A stretch of DNA of 64,000 nt from Camelus dromedarius (taxonomy: Eukaryota): NCBI RefSeq assembly GCF_036321535.1, contig NC_087447.1:36830001-36894000 (forward strand), in the 5' to 3' direction. The position numbers and the translations under genes are program-made. Within the stretch, counting starts at the first letter, position 1; each line of letters opens with the position of its first letter. This document shows positions 39,873 through 52,471 of this stretch, piece after piece. Below the pieces are notes generated by a model that worked only from the letters and a program-made list of their open reading frames with translations, did no database searches and had not been told where the DNA came from.

Positions 39873-41487
39873 TCTAAAATTTTTTCACTTTCGAAATTGT
39901 TTTTGTTCTACTTTATTTATGTATACATTACATGCAGTAAAATTTATTTTAAGTGTTTGGTGAATTCTGGAAATTGTATACAGCCAAATATAACTTTTTA
40001 GCCTTGAAGTTTGCTTGTGTCCCTTTGCAGTCAGATCCCCTCTGTCATACCCTGGATTCATTATTGATTTGCTTTCTGTCACTATAACTCCTCCTTTTCT
40101 AGAATTTCATACAAATGGAATCATACAGTACATACTCTTTTATGTTTTATTTTTTTCATTTAGCATAATTTTTACATTCTTTCACATTACTGGGTCTATC
40201 AATATTTTGTTTCTTTATATTGCTAAGTAATATTCCATAGAATGGACATATCATGATTTTTTTTGCCAGTTAATGGACATTGGATTGACTCCAGTTATTG
40301 GATATTGTAAGTAATATTGCAAGTATTTATGTTGACATATGTTTTCATTTTTCTTGTATGTATATCTAAGAGTTGATTGGTTGCTGGCCTATATGGAAAT
40401 TGCATGTTTAACTTTACAGAAAGTGGCTGTATCATTTTTAATTCCCACCAGCAATATGAGAGTTCCAGTTGTTCTGTGTCCTCTTCAACATGTGGTATTG
40501 TTAATCTTTTAAATTTTAACAATTCTAGTGGGTATTAGGGGTATCACCTTGTGGTTTTGATATTAATTTCTCTGATGATTGGTGATATTAAGAGTCCTCT
40601 CATATATTTAATGGCCATTCATATATTTTTGTGTGTGGCTTGCCTTTTTGTCTTTTTAACTGTGTCTTTGAAAGAGTTAGGTTTGTCATTTAGATGACAT
40701 TTTTCCTTTTTTTTTTTTTTCTTTTCTGGTTCATGTTTTTGTGTTCTGTTTTTAAAATATTTACCTAATACAGTATTACAAAGATTTTTTTCTTATATTT
40801 TCTCCTAGAAGTTTTCTAGTTTTAACTGAATACATTTAGGTCTTAATCCATTTTTAGTTAAATTTTGTGTTTGGTGTCAGATAAAGATTTAGATTTATTT
40901 TTCCCCACACAAATAATCCATTATTAGCAAAATCTGTCTAAAAGATTTTCCTTTCTCTGTTGAATTATTTGGCATCATTGTGAAAATTGAGTGTGGATTT
41001 CTTTCTGAACTCCTTATTCTATTTTATTGATTTACACGTCTATCCTTACAACAGTCTTACCCAAATATTTTACTGTAGTATTATAGTAAGTCTTCAAATC
41101 TTACTATAGTTCTTCAATTTTGTTTTCCCTTTTCAATATTATTTTGGCTATTTTTTCCATAAAAAATTATAATCGGTTTGACAATATCTTCAAGATGTCT
41201 TTCTGGAATTTTAATTGAGATTGTGTTGAATCTATAGACTGATTTGGGGTGAATTGCTACCTTACAAGTATTGAATCTTCCATGAATGTGGTATATTTCT
41301 CCATTTTTCCTAGCATTTAAAAATTTCCCTTTGCAATGTTTTATAGCTTTCAGGGTAGAGACTTTGTTTACATTTTTCTAAATATTTTATTTTTTGTGTT
41401 AATGTAAATAGAGTTTTAAAAAATGTCTATTCTATTTATTCTAGTGTATCTAGTATATAGAAAGACAAGTGATTTTTTTACATCTTC

Positions 41488-41798
41488 TTTTTTAATTGAG
41501 GTATTAGTTTCAGACATACAATGTAATGATTTGGTATTTGTAAATACTGTAAAAAGATCACCACGATACATTTGGTTAACATCCATCACAAAACATAGTT
41601 ACAAGTATTTTTTTTTTCTTGTGATGGGAACTTTTAAGATCTACTAGCTCAGCAACTTTCCAATAAGCAATACTATGATCACCATGCTGTACATTACTTA
41701 TTTTATAACTGGACTTACTTATTTTATAACTGGAAGTTTGTGCCTTTTGACTCTCTTCACCCTTTGTCCACCCCCAACCCCCCACCTCTGACAACCAC
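41488..41798 (-). mobile_element. Short 5'-truncated L1 3' end (element A)
   Basis: tttaattgaggtattagtttcag...cttgtgatgggaacttttaagatctact...ctctgacaaccac. Flanked by acatctt(c/t)ttt repeats. Confidence 0.88.
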
Positions 41799-41802
41799 AC
41801 AT

Positions 41803-41957
41803 CTTTTTTCTTTTTTCCTTTCCTTTCCTTTCCTTTCCTTTCCTTTCCTTTCCTTTCCTTTCCTTTCCTTTCCTTTCCTTTCCTTTCCTTTCCTTTCCTT
41901 TCCTTTCCTTTCCTTTCCTTTCCTTTCCTTTTCCTCCCTCCCTCCCTTTCTTCCTTC

Positions 41958-42023
<66 letters not shown>

Positions 42024-42073
42024 GTCCTTCCGTCCTTCCTTCCATCCTTCCTTCTTTCCTTCTTTCTTTTTCT
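41803..42073. repeat. Compound microsatellite (TTTCC)n + (TCCC/TTCC)n + (TTTC)n
   Basis: About 22 perfect TTTCC units followed by TTTC and TTCC runs, at the poly(A)-tail position of element B. Confidence 0.97.
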
Positions 42074-42074
42074 A

Positions 42075-43583
42075 TCTTTGACATTGGCTTATAACAACAT
42101 ATAAGTTTCATGTGTACAACATTATAATTCCACTTCTATATACACTACTACTTGCTCTTCCCCAAAAGTTTAGTTTCTATCCATCACCGTACCATTGATC
42201 CTCTTTACCTATTTTTCCCTTTCCTCACCCCCTTTTCCTCTCTGGTAACCACTAGTCTGTTCTCAGTATCTATGTGTTTGTTTTGTTTGTTCATTTTATT
42301 TTTTAGAATTCCATATATGAATGAAATCATACAGTATTTGTCTTTCTCTGTCTGACTTCTTTCACGTGGCATAATACCTCATGGTCCATCCATGTTGTTG
42401 CAAATGGCAAGATTTCATCTTTTGGATGGACCTAGAGATTATCATACTGAATAAAGTCAGTCAGTCAGAGAAAGACAACTATCATATAATATCACTTATA
42501 TGTGGAATCTAAAAAAATGACACAAATGAACTTATTTACAAAACAGAGACTCAAAGACATAGGAAACAAACTTATGGTTACTGGGGGTTAAGTGGGTTAA
42601 GAGGGATAAATTGGGAGTTTGGGATTGGCAGATACAAAATAAAATACTATGTACAGAACAGATAAACAATAAGGTCCTATTATATAGCATAGGGAACTAT
42701 GTTCAATGGCTTATAGTAACCTGTAATGAGAAAGAATATGAAAAAGAATATATATAATACTATATATATAAATATATATAACTGAATTACTCTGCTGTAC
42801 ACCAGAAACTAATACAATGCTATAAATCAACTATACTTCAATAAAAAAGGGAAAAATTAATTTAAAAATATTTTCTCTTTTTTATGGTTGAGTAGTATCC
42901 CATTGTATATTTATACCACATCTTCTTTATCCATTCATTCATCAGTAGGCACTTGGGTTGTTTCTTGGCTATTGTAAATAATGCTGCAATAAACATAGGA
43001 GTGCATGTATATTTTTAAATTACTGTTTTTATATTCTTCTGATAAACAGAGGTGGAACAGTTGGATCATATGTTAGTTCTATTCTTAGTTTTTTTGTGAA
43101 ATCTCTGTATTGTTTTCCATAGTGACTGCACCTATTTACATTCCTACGAACAGTGTATGAGGGTTCCCTTTTCTCCACATTCTTGACAACACTTGTTATT
43201 TGTGGTCTTTTTGGTAACTGCCATTCTGATAGGTATGAGGTGATATCTCACTGATGATGTTGTTGAACATCTTTTCATGTACCTGTTAACCATCTGTATA
43301 TCTTCTTTGGAAAAATGTCTGTTTATATCCTTTACCCATTTTTTAATCAGATTGTTTTTTCTCATTGAGTTGTATGAGATCTTTATAGATTTTGGATATT
43401 AACCCCTTATCAGGTGTATGATTTGCAAATATCTTCACCCATTTGGTAAATTCTCTTTTCATTTTGTTAGTGATTTCCTTTGCTGTGCATAAGATTTTTA
43501 GTTTGATGTAGTCTCATTTGTTTATTTTTGCCTTTGTTTCTCTTGCCTGAGGAAATATATCTAGAAAGATATTGCTAAAACTG
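42075..43583 (-). mobile_element. 5'-truncated L1 (element B), split by element C
   Basis: 3' UTR at 42075-42423, continuing at 42882. The ORF at 43144-43365 (KKWVKDINRHFSKEDIQMVNRYMKRCS) is L1 ORF2. Confidence 0.93.
42424..42866 (+). mobile_element. L1 3' end of artiodactyl type (element C), sense to SOX6
   Basis: ggatggacctagagattatcatact...gggataaattgggagtttgggatt...gctgtacaccagaaactaa...ctatacttcaataaaaaa. Confidence 0.9.
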
Positions 43584-44574
43584 AGAAAGACAACTGATTT
43601 TTCTTATTGACCTTGTATGTTGTGACTTTGCTTAATTTACTTATTAGTTCTGATAGGTTATTTTTTAGATTCTGTAAGATTTTCTATGGTCGTGACCATG
43701 TTTTCTGCAGCTAAAAACAATTTCACTTGTTTATTTCCAAACTGTGTTCGTTTGGTTTCTTTGCTTATTGCACTGGCTAAGAAATCTACTACAATATTGA
43801 ATAGAAGTGGTGAGAGTAGACATTTTTGCCTTAGGTAGAAAGCATGGAGACTTTCACCGTTGTTAATGATGTTATCTGTAGGTTTTTGAAATATACCTTT
43901 AATCAGATTGAAGACATTCCCTTCGATTCAGGTTTGCTGAAAGTTTTTACCATGAGTACTTAATAATTATTTTCAAATGCTTTTTCTGCATCTATTGAAA
44001 TGATCATGTTTCTGCTACTTTGTTTTCTTATTATGATGAATTATAATGATTGATTTTCAAGTGCTAAACCAACTTTGCATTCCCAACATAAATTTTACTT
44101 GGTTGTGATTTATACTGTTGCACTCCATTTAGTCAGTATACTTTCATACTTTTTAAAACTAGTATTCTGACTTTTGGAAAAATAACTCAATTTATATTTT
44201 GCTAAACACTGTCTTTGTGTTCTGTATATTGTGAGGAATATGAGAGGTTCTGTTCTCAAAGGACTTTATGGCCTCACTACATTAAAAAAAAAGAATAATA
44301 CATGATTGATTTTAATATTTGTCACAGGAATACAAACTTGGAGCCTGTGCAGTGGGGGAAGAGGAAGAGAGACAATTATCAGAGTTACTGTGCATCAGTG
44401 TTGCCAGAATGTCTTTGTAGAAGATTGAGATTTGCTTTCACCCTCTGTCACATGATGTAGATTTATTTTTAAGAAAAAAGTATTTAGACTAAAGTTGAGA
44501 ACAGAAAGGTATATTTATGTTTAGGTTTTACCTTAAAGGTGACAGAAAGAAAACTAGGAAAGAAAATGAAAATT

Positions 44575-44840
44575 CCTGAATTGAGGAATTAGATCTAGTT
44601 CCAAATCTTAGCTGATTTTAACTAGTTATGTTGCCATGAAGAAGTCACATTATCCTTTATGCCTCAGTTTTCCTCTCTATAAAATGTAGTGGTTAAGCCT
44701 GATCAGTGGTTCTTGACAAAGAAGGAGAGAGTATATACATTTTTGAAAAAGCTCAACAGAGCTCCTCCTCCAGGTGAGACTCACTGGATTACATAGTGTC
44801 TAAATCTTTTCCCGTTCCTAAAAATCTCTGATTTTATGAT
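44575..44840 (+). mobile_element. MIR3-like SINE interrupted by a short MER5-like hAT remnant (about 44703-44787)
   Basis: gcctcagttttcctctctataaaatg, then cagtggttctt...gactcactg, then the MIR3 tail ctaaaatctctgattttatga. Confidence 0.6.
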
Positions 44841-47800
44841 TTTGGGAAGTCAGCAAACTTGGAGTGAAGACCTTGTTTTTAACTTTGGCTTAGCCCTTCT
44901 CAAATTTGACAAGTCGCTTCTCCTTTCGGGCCTTATTTTATTTATGTTTAAAATGAAAGTATTGGGGGGGAAAAAGGCTTTCTAAAGCCATTCTAATTCT
45001 AAAGTCTGTGATCCAAAATGAGGTAAATCTATTTATATTATACTTGTGTGTATATATCAACTATGGCAGAGAACTTACTGTAGTGAAATAACTAACTATG
45101 GTTACATCTTTTACGTGAATGCATTCAGCATCCTAAGGATCATGGAGAATAAAAAACTAAGGCTCACATTGTCAAACTCACTTCTAATTTTTAATGTTAA
45201 ATTAAAAATTAGTTAGTTGAAATGTTAGCTTTGTGTAGTATTTTCTCCCAGCTTGTAATCCAAAAATCTAAGACTTCTATGTTTTTCTAGGATGTAGTTT
45301 TACTTTATCGTTTACAGTCTGTTCTAAGAAAGCTTCAAGGGATATAGGGCTTTAGAGCACCACATCTTTAACTAGCTGAGGCATAATACATGATTTGAGT
45401 CCCCAATATTTTCTAACGGTAAGGTTTGTTTATTAAAGAAATCCCATGCTGTGACTGAATCACTCTAATAGAAGCCAAGTTTGAACTTGAACACTCAAAT
45501 ATATGCCCATATATCTTGGGCATATATCATACATAATGATGTGGGGTCTAGACATCTTTCTGGGTTTGTTTATGTCTGTTACGGATTCCCCTCATTATCC
45601 ATGCTGTTTGAGGGAGACCCAATGGATTCAGCTAGCTTATTGCATACTTTCTATATTTTAAGACTAACTCAGAGTTCCAAGTGGCCCATATGTTCCAACT
45701 TGGAAGATTATTTTCTCACTTTCCTGTTTTATGATGATGATTAAGGAAAAATAAAATAAGATTTTAGGGAATGATGACATGTTTGAGAGTGGCTAACCAT
45801 AATCCTTTTGGCCATGCTTCAAATATAGTTTTATAATCTTTATGTTTATTATGCTACTCTTCCTAAAATTTTTTGACAAGTTTGAGTTATAGCATCTGTT
45901 TTCTTATTTTTAAACCATATTTTGTACCATCTGTTGTTTCACTATCATTGATTATGATTTTTAGGATTTAGTGAAGGGAGATTAAGACTTGAATCTTTAG
46001 TTATTACTAATTTTACAGTTTAGGCATATATGGTATACTTGGAATGCTAGTTAGAGTTGAATAAGTATACCTAAAGAATAGATTTTTAGATACAAAATTT
46101 TAGAAATTTATTTCTAGTTCCTAGTATTAATTTGGAGGAAATAATTCATCGTCACTTGACTAGCAGATTTATTGTTGTGTTGTTGTTAAAACCTCGCCTC
46201 TTGGCATTTATTTTATAAAATTAGGTGTCTCTGTGCATGATTCCTTAATTAAAAAAAAACTACTACTCATATGCTTTATAAGTTGCAAAAGCTATTTTTA
46301 CATCAAATGAAATTAAGAAATCAAATAACATTATAAGAATTTTCAATAAATATTGAAAGAGGCTGGATTGTCATTAGAATTTATCATTAAGGTATTTTTT
46401 GAGGGGGTGATATAGCGCTTGCTATAAATATTCATTATGTTCTTAAATCTAGAGATATTCAGTGATTAGGTGATTTTTTGCCTGTTTATGTTGGAAGGAA
46501 CAAAAAGAAAGTTTAAAAACAAAAGCATAAACATAATTGAACCACCCACTTGAAAGAGAGATTGGAATAGATGTTTTCCAGGGGAGAACATGCTTTCTGT
46601 GTAAAAAAGGCTAGTGTAACAAGAAGTCATCTATTCTTGATTTCTTTAGACAGCTAGAGCTTTGTGCCTTGTCTAGTTTCTGCGTTTTAAGAGCTTGTTC
46701 TGTGTAGCAGAAATAATACAATAAATGGGTTTAACCACATTTGTCTCAGCTAGACAGTCTGCTTTGTCAGAGATTGCTGGTACAACATAAACAAATTATG
46801 TGTTTGTAGTGCTTTTCAATGAAAGCCTATCTAACAGAGCTGAGATTGTGTTTCAGCAGCTGTAGATTTAATCTCCTACCTGTCAGTTAAAACAGGCATT
46901 TCCTGAGCCAGATAAGGCCTGGTTGTAGAGGATGGAAGTAGTCACAGCTGGACAAAGACCTATTGTTATTGGCTGATAATTTCTATGTAGATTCAACTCC
47001 TTATTCTACAATGGAAACTACAATCATAGTATGGTTTTAAAGTAGTTAACCTGACCTTTTACATTGTTAAATTAAGAAGAGTTAAAGAGAATGAAAGCTG
47101 GACTTTGTGTCCTTCGTATTTGGAAATTGCCATGTGGAAATAAAAATAAATGTCTTTAGCTTTGATCATCATGATTCTAGGTCACTGTGGATGAGATAAT
47201 ACGGTTATGGAAAATGCCTGTTCACAGATTTGTAACTACATTTTAAGGAATTCAAGTTGTAATGCAAACTAAAGTCAAAATTAAATCTATGGATAGATAC
47301 TTTTCCATGTGACTCACATATTATGGGACCTGTCTTTTCCTTTTTTTGTTTCTCTTTGTGGGGATGGGATTGGGGAGGTCCATTTCTCTCTTTCTTACCC
47401 ATAGAAATTTATAAAGTTAAGTTGAACTGTCTTGAAATTGGTCAAGTTGGTTTGGAGAAAATGTCTATCTTTACATTTGGTTAAATTATTACAGTGTTAT
47501 TCTGAGTCCCACGTCTCCCAAGTCATGAATGGCTAATAGTAGGGCACTCTCATAGACTAGGCCTTGCATGTGTACTAACTTGGTCAGCAACCTGACTCCA
47601 CAGCTTTTCAAGTTTGTTTAAATTTAAATTTAAAGTAGTTCTTGGGTTCTCAAATTTCAAAATGAATATATGCATTTTAATTGAAGTTTTATAATTAAAT
47701 TTTTAAGTAAAGTTTTTATAGCAATTTTTATCTTGCAAGGAGCTTTTTACTTATAAAATTTGATCTTCACGAAATCTTTGTGAGATTAAATATAACACTA

Positions 47801-47924
47801 GAGTTCGAAGTTTACATTTGCTGAAATGTAGGGGACAGAGTGGGCAGTAATCAAGTTGAAATTATTGGTATGAAAGACAGCACTAATTTTTTTAAAAGCC
47901 CACAATATCCTTGCTTGCTGGCTT

Positions 47925-48062
47925 GCTTTTCCCTTCTTCTTTTCCTTCTTTACTTTCTTTATCTTTCCTTTCATACCTTTTTTTCCCTTTCCTCTCATAT
48001 CCCTTTCCTTTCCTTCCCTTTCCTTTTCTCTTCACTTTTCTTTTCTTGTCTTTTCCTTCCTT
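47925..48062. repeat. CT-rich low-complexity tract
   Basis: Polypyrimidine run with TTTCC-like units. Confidence 0.9.
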
Positions 48063-48597
48063 AACACCTTGTGATTAGGACAAATCTGTCTTAATACCAC
48101 TTTTTTTTTTTGGTGGTACAGAAGATTGGCTAAGATTTTATATTGTACCTACCTTTAAATCTAGGACATACAATGCTCCTGCATCCTCTTTTTTTGTCCA
48201 ACATTAAGAATTGTCATCAAGGCTATGTAATACTGTGTTTTAGATGGAGTAGAGTAAAACATTACTGTATTAAAATAGAGGATAAGGAGTATTAGAATTT
48301 CTTTAGATTTCTTTCTTTTAAGAATGTGTAGAAAAGTCAGTGTATTCATTTTCCATTTTATACCTTTTTTTTTCTATTAATCTGACTGGATCATTTAATT
48401 TCATTTTGGGCTTGAGTTTCTATTCTTTTTCAGCTATGATTGCCTGAGTTATTCCTAATCACTCTTAAATAATGCATTGGCCCATTGTTCTTTGTAACAG
48501 CAAAGAATATTATTTGAGGTGAATTGCTGTAACATCTGACTCTGTGTTGTAAATTCCATTTCATTTGGCAAATGCCACATTAGTCTTAGCTACCAAA

Positions 48598-48598
<1 letters not shown>

Positions 48599-48638
<40 letters not shown>
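48599..48638. repeat. (AC)20 microsatellite
   Basis: Perfect dinucleotide run. Confidence 0.98.
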
Positions 48639-48641
<3 letters not shown>

Positions 48642-49164
48642 AAGTTTAATTTAACTAGTGTTTTGAGCCAATTTGTATATATTAAATTTTCTACTCTTGT
48701 GGTCTTTACTTATAGTTGATTTTTTTCTCTTAGGAAAGTTGATAGGTAGCTTGAATTATTTTAAATATTCCTATTCTTCCCACACAGAGACTGAATTAAG
48801 GATTTACATTTTTAGTTTTTGTCAGTAAGTTTCTCGACTGCTTAAAATTTTATTCAGACGTAATGTTTGGGGAAAGAATTACAGTGATGCAGGAGTAGTC
48901 ACATAGATTTTAATTTCTTATACGCCTCTCTCCTATAGGCATGTAAAAGTACAAGTATTTTAAAGTGATATGTCTCTTGTCTCATATGAAATCACTGGAC
49001 AGGTCTGTTTTAGTCAGTCAGTCAATCAGTTAATTAATCAGTCAGATAATTGCCTTTTGCCTTTCATATTTGGAGGCACTGTCCTAGTAGCATATTAAGA
49101 ATCTATCTGCAAGATGTTTTCCTTCTGCTTGAGCAGAGAGGACATATAAGATGGAAAAAGTCCA

Positions 49165-49640
49165 CCGTTATCCCCACTTTGGACTACTGAAGTCGTTTCT
49201 GAACTGGTCTCTCTGCTTTCATTCTTTTCCTAATATAGTCAGTTTTTCTCACAGCAACCGGAGTGTTCTTTATAAACCTAAATCAGACCTCATGCAACTT
49301 TAGGTCATTTAACCCTGTGCTGTGTTATCTCCTCAGAGAAGCCTTTTTTGACCATCCCAATCCAGTATAGTCCTCTCTACTCTCTCCCCACTACCTCTTA
49401 CTTCCCACCCTCTACCCTTCATACTCTACCTCAGTCTTACTTTATTTTCCTTTATAGTATCTATTATCAACTGGCATTTATCATATTTATATATGTATTT
49501 GCTCATGAGTGTGTGACACACACACACACATATATATATATATGCATTCGTATGTCATCTGTCTTCCCTAGGAGGTAATGGTAGGGAATTTTGTCTACTT
49601 CCAAGTCCCCAGCGCCTAGAATAGTGCCAAATATTGAACT
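49165..49640 (+). mobile_element. L2 LINE 3' fragment, apparently within an antisense L2 remnant (about 49010-49960)
   Basis: ctggtctctctgctttcattc...cacagcaaccggagtg...cctcagagaagcctt...ccccagcgcctagaatagtgcc. Confidence 0.75.
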
Positions 49641-52349
49641 GAAAGCCATTAAATAATTCGACACAGTATATGCAGTGTAAATTTTGACAGAGAAAAAGAA
49701 AGTTATACTCAGGGAATTTTCATAGAGGAGTTTGAGCTGAACCTTAAAGGTAGATCAGGTTTGGGACAGCAAAGAGGAGAGGAAAGATCATTCTCTACCG
49801 TAAGTGAGAAAAGTGTCATGTACGAGACTTAGAAGCTATTGAAAGCAAGAGGAAAAAGATGGTAAAGGGTAGTAGGAAAGAGATTTGAGAGGTGCATTAA
49901 GAATACCTTGTGGAATGATTTCGATTCCAGCTCAGGCTAGGGAGTTTGGACTTCACCTTCTTTAATAAGAACATTTCTTTGTTGTATCTAAGTTATTTAA
50001 TATGGACACAGTACTAAATAAAACACAAAAATAAATAAAACTGCTCTTTGCTCTTTTTGAATCAGAATGTTAGCTTATCCTTATATCAGCTTCAGTGTTG
50101 ACAGACTTGTGCCTTTAGTTGGGATAGCATGTGTAGTGTGTGTGAGTGTGTGTATGTGTTTAAGTGAGCATGCTAAGGGTGGGGTGGGAGTTGTAGGTTA
50201 CATTGCAAAATGACATTAAAGTTGCAAGTCATTAACTTTTTGTTCTAAAAAGATTAGAGTATGATAAAGACTCAAAACCAGAAGGCTATTTGATTTGTGG
50301 CTATAGCCACTATTTATGCCTTTACTCAGACTTTATGTCTTATAAAGATCACCTTACTTTACCTCTCTGCACCCTGCCCCTCTGAACATATTACAGGCGT
50401 TGTCTCTCATTGATATTTCCAGGGAGGGGCATCTTGTCATGGCTGAGCCCCAGCTGTCAATAGCTTTGACATCTTATTTATGTTCTGTTCAGAGTTCTCA
50501 CAATTATGTTTCTTAGCCCTTCTAGCTTAGATGAAACTCTTTCTGTTCTCCATGATAGGTGATGCTTAAATGTTTTCCTGTCATTCATTCTACATTGCAT
50601 AACCAGCCCATTGTGATAAAACAAACATTAAAAAAGTTATTTTGGAAAACTGTACTCCTGGTTCTTATGATGAGAACAGCTTATCATTTCTGTCAGTAAG
50701 GATTATAATTGATGATGATGACATTATTAAAGAAGCTTAGAGGCATCTCTAAATTATACTATAGAAGAATTTCAACAGATGCACAAGGAGAGTTTAGTCA
50801 TTAAAAATAACCTTCAAATAAATGACTAGAATCAAATTTTATATTTTCTTACCAACGAGTGGACCTCAAAGTCAGACTGTGGCATGCCAAAAGAAAAGAT
50901 CACTTTTAATGAAGTATGTTTGGAGCAGAAGTGTATTTCTGTTACCTCGATTTGAGGATTGCAAATGATAAAAGGACTCTGAATTGATTCAGGAGATTTA
51001 AAAATCACAAAAATTATTGTAGCTTAGTTTTTAAATAATGGAGAATGAAAGTTCTTTAATGCATTTTGTTAGAAATATGTGTTGAATCCCTACTCTGTGC
51101 AAGAGAGGGACTTTTACTAAACCCTGGGGAAATGCAAAATCCCAGCCTTTAAGTTGCTTGTGCATAATTTTAACAAAACCTGTAGTTTAAGATGTAAACC
51201 TGCATTTCTGGAGGAGGAATTTAATAATTGAACTCTGGTCATTGCTAACAGAATAAGGTTGTGTAAAATACTTCAGGGGTAAAAGCCAGATTGCCTTCAT
51301 TACGGGTCAAAAGTTTATGAAAGGTTTATATCTGAATGTGATTGTTACAAAGACAGGAATGCCACATTCTTCATGAATGTTACCATATTTATTTGACATT
51401 TATACAGAATTTGAAAAAAATCAATTCCCATATTGGCAAAAGACTTTGATCATTGTGTATTTAATGGGGTTTTCATTTGAGAACAACAATCATTAGTCTC
51501 TAATACGTTTCATACTTCTGTGGAAATAAGACAGGGTGGAATAAGAAACATTCATCTTCACTAGTCTTTGGAAATATCTAAAGTAATTGACTAGCTCAGT
51601 CTTCTGTGATGGCCTGGTGACCACTAACTGTGACTATTTGCATAATAGTCAACTCTTCACTTCTGTAGTGATAACTGTTTGTATCTGATTAAAATTAAGA
51701 CTCTTTTAGTTCTCTTGACTTTTCCAGAAGTTGCAAAAATTGAGATTTGCTGTTCTGCTTTAACCAAACAAATGCACACATGGGGATAACAATATGCTGA
51801 GTTTATGCAGATTTTACAGCACGAATCTGAATAAAATACCCACTAATAGATCCTTAAGGAGTAATAAACACACATGAATTTTCCTTAGTTGCACTTTAAA
51901 GTGATTTTAACATACTACTAGACCTTAACAATAATATTTAATTGACAAGATTATGCATTTGTATGGATTGAAAGGTGGTAGATATCTAATTCCAAATGAA
52001 TCATAAATTTTACTTTTGCATAACATGTTTTATTAATTTCTTTATGGCCAGGATATTCTGCTTCCCTCCTGGTGAGAGTTTCTTAAAACATAGTAAGATA
52101 ATTTAAACACATTTAATTAAAATCTATCATCCATTTTATAAAGTAATCTGACTTTTGTCCTCATAAATACTTTCAAAATTTTTCTTGGTTATAGACCATA
52201 GGAAGACTACGGAAAGATATCTAATGGAATTTTGTTGTAATTTATTTTCCTTTTTAAGCAAATCTTTCCTTTCTCTATTGACCCTATTCCAAAGTATGCT
52301 GACAAACTGGATGATTTATACTACTATATAAGTGAAAACAAACAGTATT

Positions 52350-52471
52350 GCTACCTGATGAAATAAAGCTATAGACTTCTCCAAGGCATCTTTATATTCC
52401 TAGTGCTTTAGCACAGTATCATGCAGATAGTGCTTGGCGCTCAGTAAAGGGCTATTGAATAGTTGAATGAA
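52350..52471 (+). mobile_element. L2 3' terminus
   Basis: catctttatattcctagtgctttagcacagt...gctcagtaaagggctattgaatagttgaatgaa. Confidence 0.7.

Larger units (their letters stand above)
39890..44120 (-). mobile_element. Old L1 (L1ME/L1MC-like), interrupted at 41478-43583 by younger L1s
   Basis: Degenerate L1 3' UTR and ORF2 (ORF 40295-40522 ...EQLELSYCWWELKMIQPL). Resumes after a duplicated target site at about 43603 (ttgaccttgtat...ttgaatagaagtggtgagagtagaca). Confidence 0.85.

Noticed and set aside
41719..42111. Repetitive KERKG / FPFLS ORFs (similar cases at 17233-17549 and 47798-48064)
   Set aside because: Translations of microsatellite and low-complexity DNA.
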